This document shows positions 54,882-64,000 of a DNA stretch of 64,000 bases, one piece after another. A program made the position numbers and the translations under genes. Within the stretch, counting starts at the first letter, position 1. Each line of letters opens with the position of its first letter. Source of the DNA: an uncultured Thermoplasmatales archaeon (GTDB lineage Archaea > Thermoplasmatota > E2 > DHVEG-1); the NCBI GenBank assembly GCA_964638175.1, contig CAZWZY010000006.1, positions 12,386 to 76,385 on the forward strand, written 5' to 3'. Below the pieces are notes generated by a model. The model was not told the DNA's origin and did no database searches. It saw only the letters and a program-made list of their open reading frames with translations.

Positions 54882-55570
54882 TTGGGTGAAGGTATACCAA
54901 CAATAGAACGAGCCATTGCAGATTTACAAGAAGGAAAGTTTGTGCTAATTTTCGATGATGAAAACAGAGAGGGCGAAACCGATCTCATTATGGCATCAGA
55001 ATTTGTCAAACCTGATTCAATACGTACCATGAGAAAAGATGGTGGTGGCCTCATCTTTTTGATGGCGTCTCATGAAATTGCTGAAAAATTACAATTGCCA
55101 TATCTCGCTGATTTATATACAGATATTGAAGGGAAGTACCCGGTATTAAAAGAACTTACCGCAAACGATATTCCCTACGACACTAAATCATCATTTTCGT
55201 TGTATATCAATCATCGTAATACCTTCACGGGAATTACCGATATCGATCGAAGTTTAACAATGAAACGATTTGCTGAGTTATCAAAAACTATTGGTTCTAT
55301 CGACAATGGACAGGCAACTAAACTATTTGGTAAACACTTTCGGTCTCCCGGTCACATTCCTATTTGCGTGGCTGCAAAACAGTTGCTTAATGAACGAAAG
55401 GGACATACTGAGCTTGCCGTTTCTTTATTGAAAATGGCCAAAGTAACACCGGTGGGAAGTGGCTGTGAAATTATGGGCGACATGGGGAGGGCTCTCCCAA
55501 AGGATCAGGTACAACAATACGCGAAGAAGCATAATCTAATTTTTTTGGAAGGAAAAGAAATTCTTGAGGC

Positions 55571-55592
<22 letters not shown>
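54882..55592 (+). CDS. ribB: 3,4-dihydroxy-2-butanone 4-phosphate synthase
   Basis: IERAIADLQEGKFVLIFDDENREGETDLIMASEFV..., RSPGHIP and GHTELAV. The ORF track starts at 54798, inside rps17e. TTG 54882, a few nt after GGAGGTGA, is more plausible. Confidence 0.85.
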
Positions 55593-56502
<910 letters not shown>

Positions 56503-56514
56503 GAGGAAAAATAA

Positions 56515-56937
56515 ATGATAAAAGAAGGAAAAATGAGAATCGGTGCGGTGGTTTCAGAATTTAACTACGACATTACCATGATGATGCTTGAGCGGGCCAA
56601 AGAACATGCACAGTTTCTTGGCGCTGACATTACGCAAACCGTGAAAGTCCCTGGTGTATTTGATATGGGGCTTGCTATTAAAAAATTACTTCAAAAGAAA
56701 GACATTGATGGTGTTGTTGCGCTCGGTGCTGTAATTGAAGGAGAAACAGAACATGATGATGTTGTTATTTCCCACGCAGCACGAAAAATTGCAGATCTTG
56801 CCATAGAGTATGACAAACCAGTTGGATTAGGAATATCAGGACCTGGCATGACTCGATTACAAGCAGAAGAGCGTATTGAACGGGCAAAATCAGCAGTTGA
56901 AGCAGTCGTAAAACTTCATAGACGGTTACGATTATAA
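56515..56937 (+). CDS. ribH: 6,7-dimethyl-8-ribityllumazine synthase
   Basis: RIGAVVSEFNYDIT..., VKVPGVFDMGLA, DGVVALGAVIEGETEHDDVV. Confidence 0.85.
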   Translation: MIKEGKMRIGAVVSEFNYDITMMMLERAKEHAQFLGADITQTVKVPGVFDMGLAIKKLLQKKDIDGVVALGAVIEGETEHDDVVISHAARKIADLAIEYDKPVGLGISGPGMTRLQAEERIERAKSAVEAVVKLHRRLRL

Positions 56938-56952
56938 AAAGGATTTCTTTTG

Positions 56953-57492
56953 CTATTCCTTTCCTTTATCTATCATTTTAAAAATAGAGGGAAGATGGAT
57001 GGTGTAGGACCCATCTTTTTGAATGATAATGGGTTCCTCTTCCAAGAGTCCTTTTAAATCAATTTTATACCTTCCTGGTTGCACGATATCTATTGTTTCA
57101 GGTTCATTAGATGTGTCTGCTTCTGCTTCAAGTCTTTCAAGTGCTGCTTTACGATATGATTCATCAGTAATGATATCAATGTCTTCTTTATTTTCAGGTG
57201 CAACTGGTTTTTCAGGCAAATGTCGCTCTACCGCCTTGCGAACATCTTTTGGTTTGAGGGTGACCCATTTTCCTGATTTATCAACTACGTCTTTTGCATT
57301 TTCTCCAAGAAGAGAAACAATCTTGTCATTGATATCTTGTCCCACTTCATTGGTAATTGCTTCTCGTTCTTTTTCATCCAAGGGCTCTTTGGTAAAGAAA
57401 AAACGATTACCGCCACATTCAGGACATCCTTTCAGAAGTTGCGAAGACCCTTCTTCAAATACCTGGCCACATTTAAGGCATTGATGAGGCAT
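56953..57492 (-). CDS. Zn-ribbon-containing protein (DUF2072-like), conserved archaeal
   Basis: MPHQCLKCGQVFEEGSSQLLKGCPECGGNRFFF followed by an acidic/coiled region. It is the last gene of the GTPase operon. Confidence 0.6.
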   Translation of the reverse strand: MPHQCLKCGQVFEEGSSQLLKGCPECGGNRFFFTKEPLDEKEREAITNEVGQDINDKIVSLLGENAKDVVDKSGKWVTLKPKDVRKAVERHLPEKPVAPENKEDIDIITDESYRKAALERLEAEADTSNEPETIDIVQPGRYKIDLKGLLEEEPIIIQKDGSYTIHLPSIFKMIDKGKE

Positions 57493-57872
57493 TATTTCGC
57501 TCCTTTCCCTGGAATAATCATAGTTTGAATCATGTTGCTATCTTTTCGTACCGTTTTTAATAAGTTAGCAGGGCCAATTAAGGTCATTCGAGGTTTTTTT
57601 ATGAACCCCAATACCCGCTGAATGAAACTGGGCGTATCCTCTGAATATCCTTCCATTTCGATACCGATAAAGGTGTCTTGCTCGATTTCTTTCATAGTCT
57701 GCTCGATAAGCGATGTTTGTTCCATGGGAGTAAGTCCATGTTCGAGAACCAAAATCTTTCCCTTTTGGACTTCTTTTAAGATAAATGTTAATTTTTCATC
57801 TGAGGTAAACCCCTCTAGTTTTTGTCGAGAGATGAGATTGACCGCAATACCGCTATCTTTCTTCATCATCAT
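57492..57872 (-). CDS. Conserved archaeal protein (DUF2073-like)
   Basis: The ORF track extends to 57941, but ATG 57872 lies directly after the GTPase stop (TAG 57874-57876). There is a 1-nt overlap with the downstream Zn-ribbon gene. Confidence 0.5.
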   Translation of the reverse strand: MMMKKDSGIAVNLISRQKLEGFTSDEKLTFILKEVQKGKILVLEHGLTPMEQTSLIEQTMKEIEQDTFIGIEMEGYSEDTPSFIQRVLGFIKKPRMTLIGPANLLKTVRKDSNMIQTMIIPGKGAK

Positions 57873-57873
57873 T

Positions 57874-58530
57874 CTACCTCTTCTTTTTTCGTCGTTTCTT
57901 ACTAAAGTGAGAGACCATGGTTGAATATAGATTCTCGGCATTATACCCGGTTAATGCACTAATTGGAATGACAGGATGCTGAGGAAACGCAGATTTCAAG
58001 GTCGCTGGACTCGAATCCTCCATATCAATCTTATTTGCAGCGACGAGTACCGGAAGATTTCGAGCTTCTAAATTACCAAGTATCGTGACATTAACTTGGG
58101 TAAATGGATCTTGTGTTGAGTCCATAACAAGAAGTACCCCATCAATACCTTCAAGCCATCGGATAGATTCAATAACCCCTTCAGTTGCCTCTTTTGCCCG
58201 TCGTTTTGATTCTTCTTTTGATAATCCATAGGTATTCATAAACTCCTTAAAATCCACCTTCGTAGAAATACCTGGTGTATCGACAATATCCATAAAGAGT
58301 GAAGAGTTGCCGTTTTCTATCTTGACATCTCTTTTCCATTTTGCACGACGGGTCTCATGAGGGATTTCTGAAACGCTTCCCATGATGTCTCCAGTCCAAT
58401 CGCGAAGGATACGATTGGCTAAGGTTGTTTTACCCACATTGGGTGGCCCATAAATACCGATTTTTGCATGTTTTTTACCAAAAATACGTTGAATAATCGC
58501 ACTAAAGCTACGTTTTCCAAATAATCCCAT
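57874..58530 (-). CDS. Small P-loop GTP-binding protein
   Basis: G1 GPPNVGKTT, G3 DTPG, G4 NKID, G5 SAL. Confidence 0.8.
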   Translation of the reverse strand: MGLFGKRSFSAIIQRIFGKKHAKIGIYGPPNVGKTTLANRILRDWTGDIMGSVSEIPHETRRAKWKRDVKIENGNSSLFMDIVDTPGISTKVDFKEFMNTYGLSKEESKRRAKEATEGVIESIRWLEGIDGVLLVMDSTQDPFTQVNVTILGNLEARNLPVLVAANKIDMEDSSPATLKSAFPQHPVIPISALTGYNAENLYSTMVSHFSKKRRKKKR

Positions 58531-58749
58531 CCAGTCCTTCCTCCTAGCAGTGAGGTTACGTCTACAAAAAGATATGCTAGTCGGTGTTTATTAATCTAAT
58601 GGTTTAATATTTTAACAGGAGAAAAAAAATAAAATTTGTCTTTTATATGAAGTTATCATCCAGGATATATCTATCAATTTAAATGATAACCCTTATATAG
58701 CAACAAGCTTATTCCTTTTCCGTCTACTTAACTGGGGGGCATAATAATT

Positions 58750-59700
58750 ATGACAGAGGAAAGTAATATGGTAAAAGATATAGAACATATTGGTTCTCTT
58801 AAAGAACGATTACAAACTGTTGCTAATGAAATCGATACCATTAAAGATTCGTTTTCGAAAAGTACGGCAGAACTTTCAAAAATAAAAAGCATGCTTGATA
58901 TCGGCAACTTAGAAGAATTGAGTGGCATCATTGAGAGTTTTGAAGGGCGTCTTTCCGAGGTTGAAAAACAAAAGCATGAGGCAGCAGAAGGGGCTAAAAA
59001 ATACAGTGAGGAACTTGAAAAAGAAAAAGAACGCTTAATTAAACTCTGGGATGCCTATAAAAACCAAGAGGAAGAACTTTCAACAACAGAAAAAAAACTT
59101 GCTGAATATGAGGAGCGGGCACGAGTTGCAGAATCAGCAAAAAAACAATTAGAGGACGACTATAATGCTCGGATTAATACACTTCAACAAAAAATCAACG
59201 AAAACCAAGAAAGCGTCGCCCGAGTTGACCAATATAAACAACGATGTGAAGAATTTGACAATGTGCGAAATAATTTAGAATCGGAAATCAACTCCTTAAA
59301 ATGCGAGGTCGACAATAAAGACAATACTATTGAAACCTTGCAGAAACAAGTTGATGAATGGAAAAGCAAAGGCGACTCTGAAGAATACAAAGCAAAGTTA
59401 GAGGATGTTACTCACCAATACGAAAAAGAAAAAGAACGATTGACTAAGTTGTATCAGCTCTATGAGGAGACTGAAAATGAATGCAAGAGACTCCGTGGTG
59501 AAGTAAAAGGTTGGCAAAACTGGTTCGAATCAAACAAGGACGTCTTTGATAGGTTGTTTTCTGCTGCGCCACCGAGCACTACAACAGTAACTTCTCCAAA
59601 AGAAACTGTTGAAGAACCTGAAATAACCGAAGAAAACCCTGAACCGAAAAACGAAACAAAATCAAAACCTAAAAAGAAGAAACTTCGATTTAAAAAATAA
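58750..59700 (+). CDS. Coiled-coil protein with a Lys-rich tail (hypothetical)
   Basis: 316 aa, heptad-like and Glu/Lys/Gln-rich throughout. The C-terminus is KSKPKKKKLRFKK. Confidence 0.55.
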   Translation: MTEESNMVKDIEHIGSLKERLQTVANEIDTIKDSFSKSTAELSKIKSMLDIGNLEELSGIIESFEGRLSEVEKQKHEAAEGAKKYSEELEKEKERLIKLWDAYKNQEEELSTTEKKLAEYEERARVAESAKKQLEDDYNARINTLQQKINENQESVARVDQYKQRCEEFDNVRNNLESEINSLKCEVDNKDNTIETLQKQVDEWKSKGDSEEYKAKLEDVTHQYEKEKERLTKLYQLYEETENECKRLRGEVKGWQNWFESNKDVFDRLFSAAPPSTTTVTSPKETVEEPEITEENPEPKNETKSKPKKKKLRFKK

Positions 59701-59746
59701 TCTTTTTCTTCTTTTTTTCAATTTTTATTGATGCTGGTAGTAGTTA

Positions 59747-61276
59747 TTAGCACATTGATGTTTTTGTCGTTTTGAATAGAGGCTGTATCGTTTGTTTGAG
59801 AGGTGCAGTAACCGTTCCTACAGGACCGTTATTCATCTGATTATTAGCATTACCAGATCCCTCACCCTCATAGCCTCCTATTTTTAAACTGGGATCACCA
59901 AGAAGGATGAACTCTTCAACCGTAAATGCATCTTCTGGTACATCGGTAACATAGGCAGTCTGAGCTTGTCGCATCATCTGACCGACGGTTTCACTACTTG
60001 CATATGCTTCAAAGAACACAAGAGACATCTTACCGGCACCACTCTCGGTACCTCCAAATGCAGTCCGTGTTGCACCGATGGTTGCAATAGCGCCGCCATT
60101 ATCCTTTTTCACCAAACGCCACGCAAAACAAGGAACCAGCGTATCGCCCCATCCTAATTTCTTGGCAAATATAGCAAATGAAGAAAAGCTGGTACTAAAA
60201 GATGATGATTTAAGCACGGTTGGTTCGTAAGGGGATGGAATTTGAGACACTACCTCACCAGTAGAACTACTGAGTTCAGATAGATTGTAATCAAGCTTTG
60301 CAGTTAGACAGGCATCGAAGAAAATAATAGGAAGTTTATCGCCGTTCAGCAGTCCAGGTAGATGAAAGACGTTATACCGAACCCAAGTATCTTCATCATC
60401 TGGAGGATGTGTACCAAGGCCTAGTTCAAATCCATGGCCAGAATAGTCAACAAACCCAACACCAGCATTAAGCTCTCTATTGACTGCCCACGAGGTGAAA
60501 GTACCATCGGAAGTCCACAATTTCGTTGATGTAAAATCTGGCATGAGTTGTTCCACCATATTATTTAGAATCTCGCCCTCATTTCCACCCCATCCTGGAA
60601 AGGTATCACCGCCGATGAGGAGGATATTATCAAACCAGCTTTGGCCAAAGGTAGTGGTTTCATAGGTAATGAGTTTCTGTACAACGGTGGCAACTTCACT
60701 AGTCTTCTCACAGGCAAGTCGACCAATACAGACATCAGGGTAGAGATCTACAATATCGTCGACACCTGGACATCCGCGATAGACTTCCCCATACAGCCCA
60801 TTGCCATTGGAATCCCAGCTGCAAAAGTCACCATATTGGTCATAGATATCTGCATAATAGAGGTCAGTAAGAATACTTTCATTCCAATAACGGCCATGAT
60901 GGCTACTGAAAAACCATGTCGTTCGGATCGGTAGTTTATCGACGCTTCCTACCAAGAGTACATATTCAATATCATAAGTCTCGATGGCATCCTTGATGAA
61001 ATACTTAATTTCCTCGGCTTCATCCCATGCGTCGTATTGGCTGTAAATTTCCTCAGTTGACATAAACGTTGTTTCGACCTCATGATCGTTTTTATGATCA
61101 ATCAAGAGTTGAAGTTCGTCTGAGAATGACGCCGGGGCAATAATAATCATGTCATATAGTTCATCGCCTGCGGTTTGTTCACGTGCCATCAGTATCTGAT
61201 TATCAGCAAGAGCAACTGCACCTATACTGCTTAAAAGCAATATTCCACCTATAATAATTGGAAAAATTCTTCTCAT
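59747..61276 (-). CDS. Secreted C25 (gingipain)-like clan CD cysteine peptidase paralog
   Basis: Signal peptide. YDMIIIAPASF, YVLLVGS, DLYYADIY, CIGRLAC, YSGHGFELG (His), IIFFDACLTAKL (Cys), LLGDPSLKIGGY. Confidence 0.65.
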   Translation of the reverse strand: MRRIFPIIIGGILLLSSIGAVALADNQILMAREQTAGDELYDMIIIAPASFSDELQLLIDHKNDHEVETTFMSTEEIYSQYDAWDEAEEIKYFIKDAIETYDIEYVLLVGSVDKLPIRTTWFFSSHHGRYWNESILTDLYYADIYDQYGDFCSWDSNGNGLYGEVYRGCPGVDDIVDLYPDVCIGRLACEKTSEVATVVQKLITYETTTFGQSWFDNILLIGGDTFPGWGGNEGEILNNMVEQLMPDFTSTKLWTSDGTFTSWAVNRELNAGVGFVDYSGHGFELGLGTHPPDDEDTWVRYNVFHLPGLLNGDKLPIIFFDACLTAKLDYNLSELSSSTGEVVSQIPSPYEPTVLKSSSFSTSFSSFAIFAKKLGWGDTLVPCFAWRLVKKDNGGAIATIGATRTAFGGTESGAGKMSLVFFEAYASSETVGQMMRQAQTAYVTDVPEDAFTVEEFILLGDPSLKIGGYEGEGSGNANNQMNNGPVGTVTAPLKQTIQPLFKTTKTSMC

Positions 61277-61388
61277 TTCATACCCCCATATTAACAGACG
61301 TTAAGCTTACTATCAGTTTTGTTTATTTAAACATTTTGCAAAATAATAACAGCAGCGAGATTAATACAATTCTATAATCTTCCCTGCA

Positions 61389-63494
61389 TTATTCCAGTTT
61401 TATAGAACTGGTTCCATCCTCATTTTCAGTCACAAAAATAATGTGCTCCATATCCTCTTTCACATCGTTTACGTGAGTAATAAGGAAAATTTGTCTGAAT
61501 TTTGATGAGAGTGTATTCAATGCTTTCATGATATTTTGACGCCTGAACATATCTTGAGAACCAAATATTTCATCTAAGATGATGAAGTTGAATACACCGC
61601 CAGCTCGCTCTGTAATGACTTCAGAGATAGCCAAACGTAAACAAAGATTTGCTAGATCTTCCTCACCGCCTGAAAAGCGCTCGATGCCATAGGCATTGCC
61701 GTTGTCATAGACCATGAGATTGTAGTTCTCATCAAGTTCAAGTTCCCTGTATTTTCCATCAGTAAGCCGTTCAAAAAAATCAGAGGAATACGAGGACAAT
61801 GTAGGACGAATTCTTGAGATCAAATGTGTTCTAAACGATGCCATAACCTCGTTCAGCATCCCTAAATAACGAACGGTCTTTTTTTCATCTGTTATTTGCT
61901 TTTTATAGTCACGGAGTTGTGACAATTTTTCTTGAATGTTTTTTATTGTTTGAGAAAGCAGTGTTTGTTTACCTTCCTGTTTCTCAAGCTGCAGTTGTAA
62001 TGCTGCTAACTCATCCTTTTTTTTGCTAAACGTATCAAGAGACGTTTGGTAGTTAGCGTACAACGTTTCAAGTTGCTGTTTCACCTGTTCAAATTCTTTC
62101 AAATCAAATACGACGGTACCAATCTTTTTTCGTTCACTCTCTTTAGCGTCTATCTCCGCTTGCTCTCGTTTTATTTCTTGGGAAAGATTTTCAATAGTAG
62201 TGTCGATCCTTTCTTTTTCTCTCAGCTGATTTTGTAGATAGACATTCTTTTTTTGGAGTGCGTACTGCTCTCGAGATAGCGTATCCTTTTTCTCTTGCTC
62301 CTTGGTGCATTCATGTAAAAGAGTTTTTTGTTCTTTTTCTAATGCTTTTTTCTCTACTTCAAATTTCTGTAACAGGACATTATGTTGATCTGAGAGAATT
62401 CGTTCGCACGTAGGACATTTTGCATTAGGACCAAGTTTTTCAATATTCTTTTTCTTGGATTCAATATCTTGAATATCCTGTGTAATTCGTGCAGAAAGTG
62501 TCTTCTTTTTCTCAATTGTTTTCACACATTGCTCAAGATGAGTGTTTGTTTCATCAAGGCGTTTTTTGGTTGATTCAATATCAGCATCTACGTTCTTAAA
62601 AACATCCCGTTTCTTCTTTTCTTTTTCGATAGTTTTTTGTCGTTCTGTAAGTTTTTGCTGTAGTTTCTTAATTTCTTCTTCAAGGGTTTTTTTCTGTTCA
62701 AAACGTGTTTTCTTTTCAGCTAATTTTTCTTTCTGCTCATTGCTTTTTTCAAACGCTTTCTTATGCCCAAGATATATCTTCTCTAAGGCTTTTAGCTCTT
62801 TAGCGGTGGCAACAATACGTGCTTTGGTTGTTTTAATACCTGCATCAATTTCTTTTTTTTGTCCTTCATATTGTTTGATCCCGGTGTTGTAGGTATCAAT
62901 CTTTTCGTTACCATTTGTATCAAGTAATTCTCGATTTAATCGATCCAGTAGTGTGTCTTTCTCCCGCTTATCTGCTTTTATTTCCTTTATCACCTCGTCA
63001 AGAGAATCAATACCAAGCATTTTGAGAATAAGCGGTCGTCTCTCACTAGCAATCATAGTTGAAAGTGCATTCAGTTCTTTTTGTTTAGCAAAGATTGACG
63101 TGAAAAACGACTTGAAATCCATACCAAGTTTCTTTTGTACAAATTGTGAAACACTTTCTGCACTTGTCGCTGCAATTTTTCCATTAATGGTAGCGGTGGC
63201 AGATGCTGTGAGAGATTTTCCTTTCATTTCACGAACAATTCGATAGTTGTCGTCTTCAAACATAAATTCTAATTCAACCCTACATGGGTCGGTTGTCAAG
63301 GCATCCTGTCGTTTTATTTGATCTGCTGGAGTCCTTGCGGCAACGGATCCATACAGCACCCATGAAAGGGCTTCAAAAATCGTTGATTTCCCCACGCCGT
63401 TCAGACCAACGACTCCAGTAACGCCATCGGGGAATTCTATCGCAGCATCTTTGAATTTTCTAAAGTTTTTGAGTGAGAGTGTTTTCAGTATCAT
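61389..63494 (-). CDS. rad50: DNA double-strand break repair ATPase Rad50 (short form, 701 aa)
   Basis: Walker A GLNGVGKST, long coiled coil with a CPTC zinc hook, signature FSGGEEDL and Walker B FIILDEIF. Confidence 0.85.
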   Translation of the reverse strand: MILKTLSLKNFRKFKDAAIEFPDGVTGVVGLNGVGKSTIFEALSWVLYGSVAARTPADQIKRQDALTTDPCRVELEFMFEDDNYRIVREMKGKSLTASATATINGKIAATSAESVSQFVQKKLGMDFKSFFTSIFAKQKELNALSTMIASERRPLILKMLGIDSLDEVIKEIKADKREKDTLLDRLNRELLDTNGNEKIDTYNTGIKQYEGQKKEIDAGIKTTKARIVATAKELKALEKIYLGHKKAFEKSNEQKEKLAEKKTRFEQKKTLEEEIKKLQQKLTERQKTIEKEKKKRDVFKNVDADIESTKKRLDETNTHLEQCVKTIEKKKTLSARITQDIQDIESKKKNIEKLGPNAKCPTCERILSDQHNVLLQKFEVEKKALEKEQKTLLHECTKEQEKKDTLSREQYALQKKNVYLQNQLREKERIDTTIENLSQEIKREQAEIDAKESERKKIGTVVFDLKEFEQVKQQLETLYANYQTSLDTFSKKKDELAALQLQLEKQEGKQTLLSQTIKNIQEKLSQLRDYKKQITDEKKTVRYLGMLNEVMASFRTHLISRIRPTLSSYSSDFFERLTDGKYRELELDENYNLMVYDNGNAYGIERFSGGEEDLANLCLRLAISEVITERAGGVFNFIILDEIFGSQDMFRRQNIMKALNTLSSKFRQIFLITHVNDVKEDMEHIIFVTENEDGTSSIKLE

Positions 63495-64000
63495 TTGCCC
63501 TCTGTTTTTGCTTCTATTTTTTCGATATACCCAACACCAAGATCCAAAAGTATTTCTTTTTCTTGCAACTGTTGGTTATCGAGAAAATGCTTGAATTCAC
63601 GAGCCAACGCATCTATTCGTGATGCTGTTTCCTGTGTTGCATCTCCTTCTTTAGCGACATTTGCCTTTATTTCATAATGAATGGCATCTTTGCTGAGTTG
63701 TCTAATTTCGTTAAAATCTAATCCCCGATAAATATGGGCAGGTATTCCTTCGAGTGTGATGCGGAATGTTTTTTCTGTGGGGTTTATTTCGTTTACCGTT
63801 TCCTTTATTTTTTTCATCACTTCATCAAGTTTGAGGTTTGAGCATTTAATGGGTTGAATATCGGTCATAGGCCTGTTCTGTAATTCAATAAATTTAGGTT
63901 TCACTGTTCCCTTTGATAAGTCCAGTTCGATAAATCCCTTCCTATCTGGTGCATCAGTAAAGGTAAAACGCTCAGTTGAACCAGCATAAAATGCATTGAC
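63491..64000 (-). CDS. mre11: Mre11/SbcD-type nuclease, C-terminal part (the start lies beyond the right window edge)
   Basis: A 4-nt overlap with the rad50 start, the usual operon partner position. Only the non-catalytic C-terminal region is visible, so the call rests mostly on context. Confidence 0.55.
   Translation of the reverse strand, partial: VNAFYAGSTERFTFTDAPDRKGFIELDLSKGTVKPKFIELQNRPMTDIQPIKCSNLKLDEVMKKIKETVNEINPTEKTFRITLEGIPAHIYRGLDFNEIRQLSKDAIHYEIKANVAKEGDATQETASRIDALAREFKHFLDNQQLQEKEILLDLGVGYIEKIEAKTEGK

Noticed and set aside
57023-57484. Plus-strand 153-aa Ser-rich ORF
   Set aside because: It is antisense to the Zn-ribbon (DUF2072-like) gene and has a low-complexity translation.
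62542-63246. Plus-strand ORFs 62542-62892 and 62953-63246 (Phe/Ser-rich)
   Set aside because: They are antisense to the Lys/Glu-rich coiled coil of rad50, a typical mirror-image artefact.
61389-63494. Rad50 as a truncated pseudogene because it is short (701 aa)
   Set aside because: Walker A, the CxxC zinc hook, the signature motif and Walker B are all present in one uninterrupted frame. It is more likely a short-coiled-coil variant.

Overview
This is an archaeal chromosomal segment. The evidence is a set of archaeal-type markers read from the translations: ribosomal protein S17e, prefoldin beta, RibL FAD synthetase, archaeal-type riboflavin synthase, an EndoQ-like PHP nuclease and Rad50/Mre11. 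TATA-box promoters and long GGAGGTGATC-type Shine-Dalgarno sites agree with that. No database search was possible, so all family names come from motifs I could read by eye.

(1) nt 1-28600 is a cell-surface island, almost all on the minus strand. It holds three tandem copies of a two-gene module. In each, a ~190-aa zinc-ribbon + HTH protein (IS1-InsA / IS6 N-terminal-module-like, no DDE domain) has a stop codon that overlaps (ATGA/GTGA) the start of a giant, N-terminally membrane-anchored, N-glycosylation-sequon-saturated multidomain protein (>522 aa partial, 3686 aa, 2458 aa). The module junctions are near-identical at the DNA level: 486 nt with one mismatch between copies 1 and 3, and a 317-nt core identical in all three. 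Two SipW/Sec11-type signal peptidase I paralogs sit between the modules. Four smaller secreted proteins (198, ~276, 510 and ~636 aa) share domains with the giants. This island is my candidate for an undescribed system.

(2) nt 28600-32570 is a small accessory patch. It contains a degenerate tandem-repeat array, tRNA-3'-end-like direct repeats, an MNT-HEPN pair with a frameshifted HEPN, and a Fic gene behind a duplicated inverted-repeat element.

(3) nt 32570-64000 is mostly housekeeping:
- purS-purL
- an FN3/CARDB-like surface protein, a GAF protein, an EndoQ-like nuclease and a Vps62-like membrane protein
- gyrB-gyrA, where gyrA carries a 466-aa LAGLIDADG intein at a site different from the mycobacterial one
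- three C25 (gingipain)-like peptidase paralogs
- prefoldin beta and uppS
- an S17e gene missing from the ORF track because it has no canonical start codon
- ribB-ribL-ribC-ribH
- a Zn-ribbon / DUF2073-like / GTPase operon and a coiled-coil protein
- rad50 and the 3' part of mre11

I found no rRNA, no complete tRNA and no CRISPR array.
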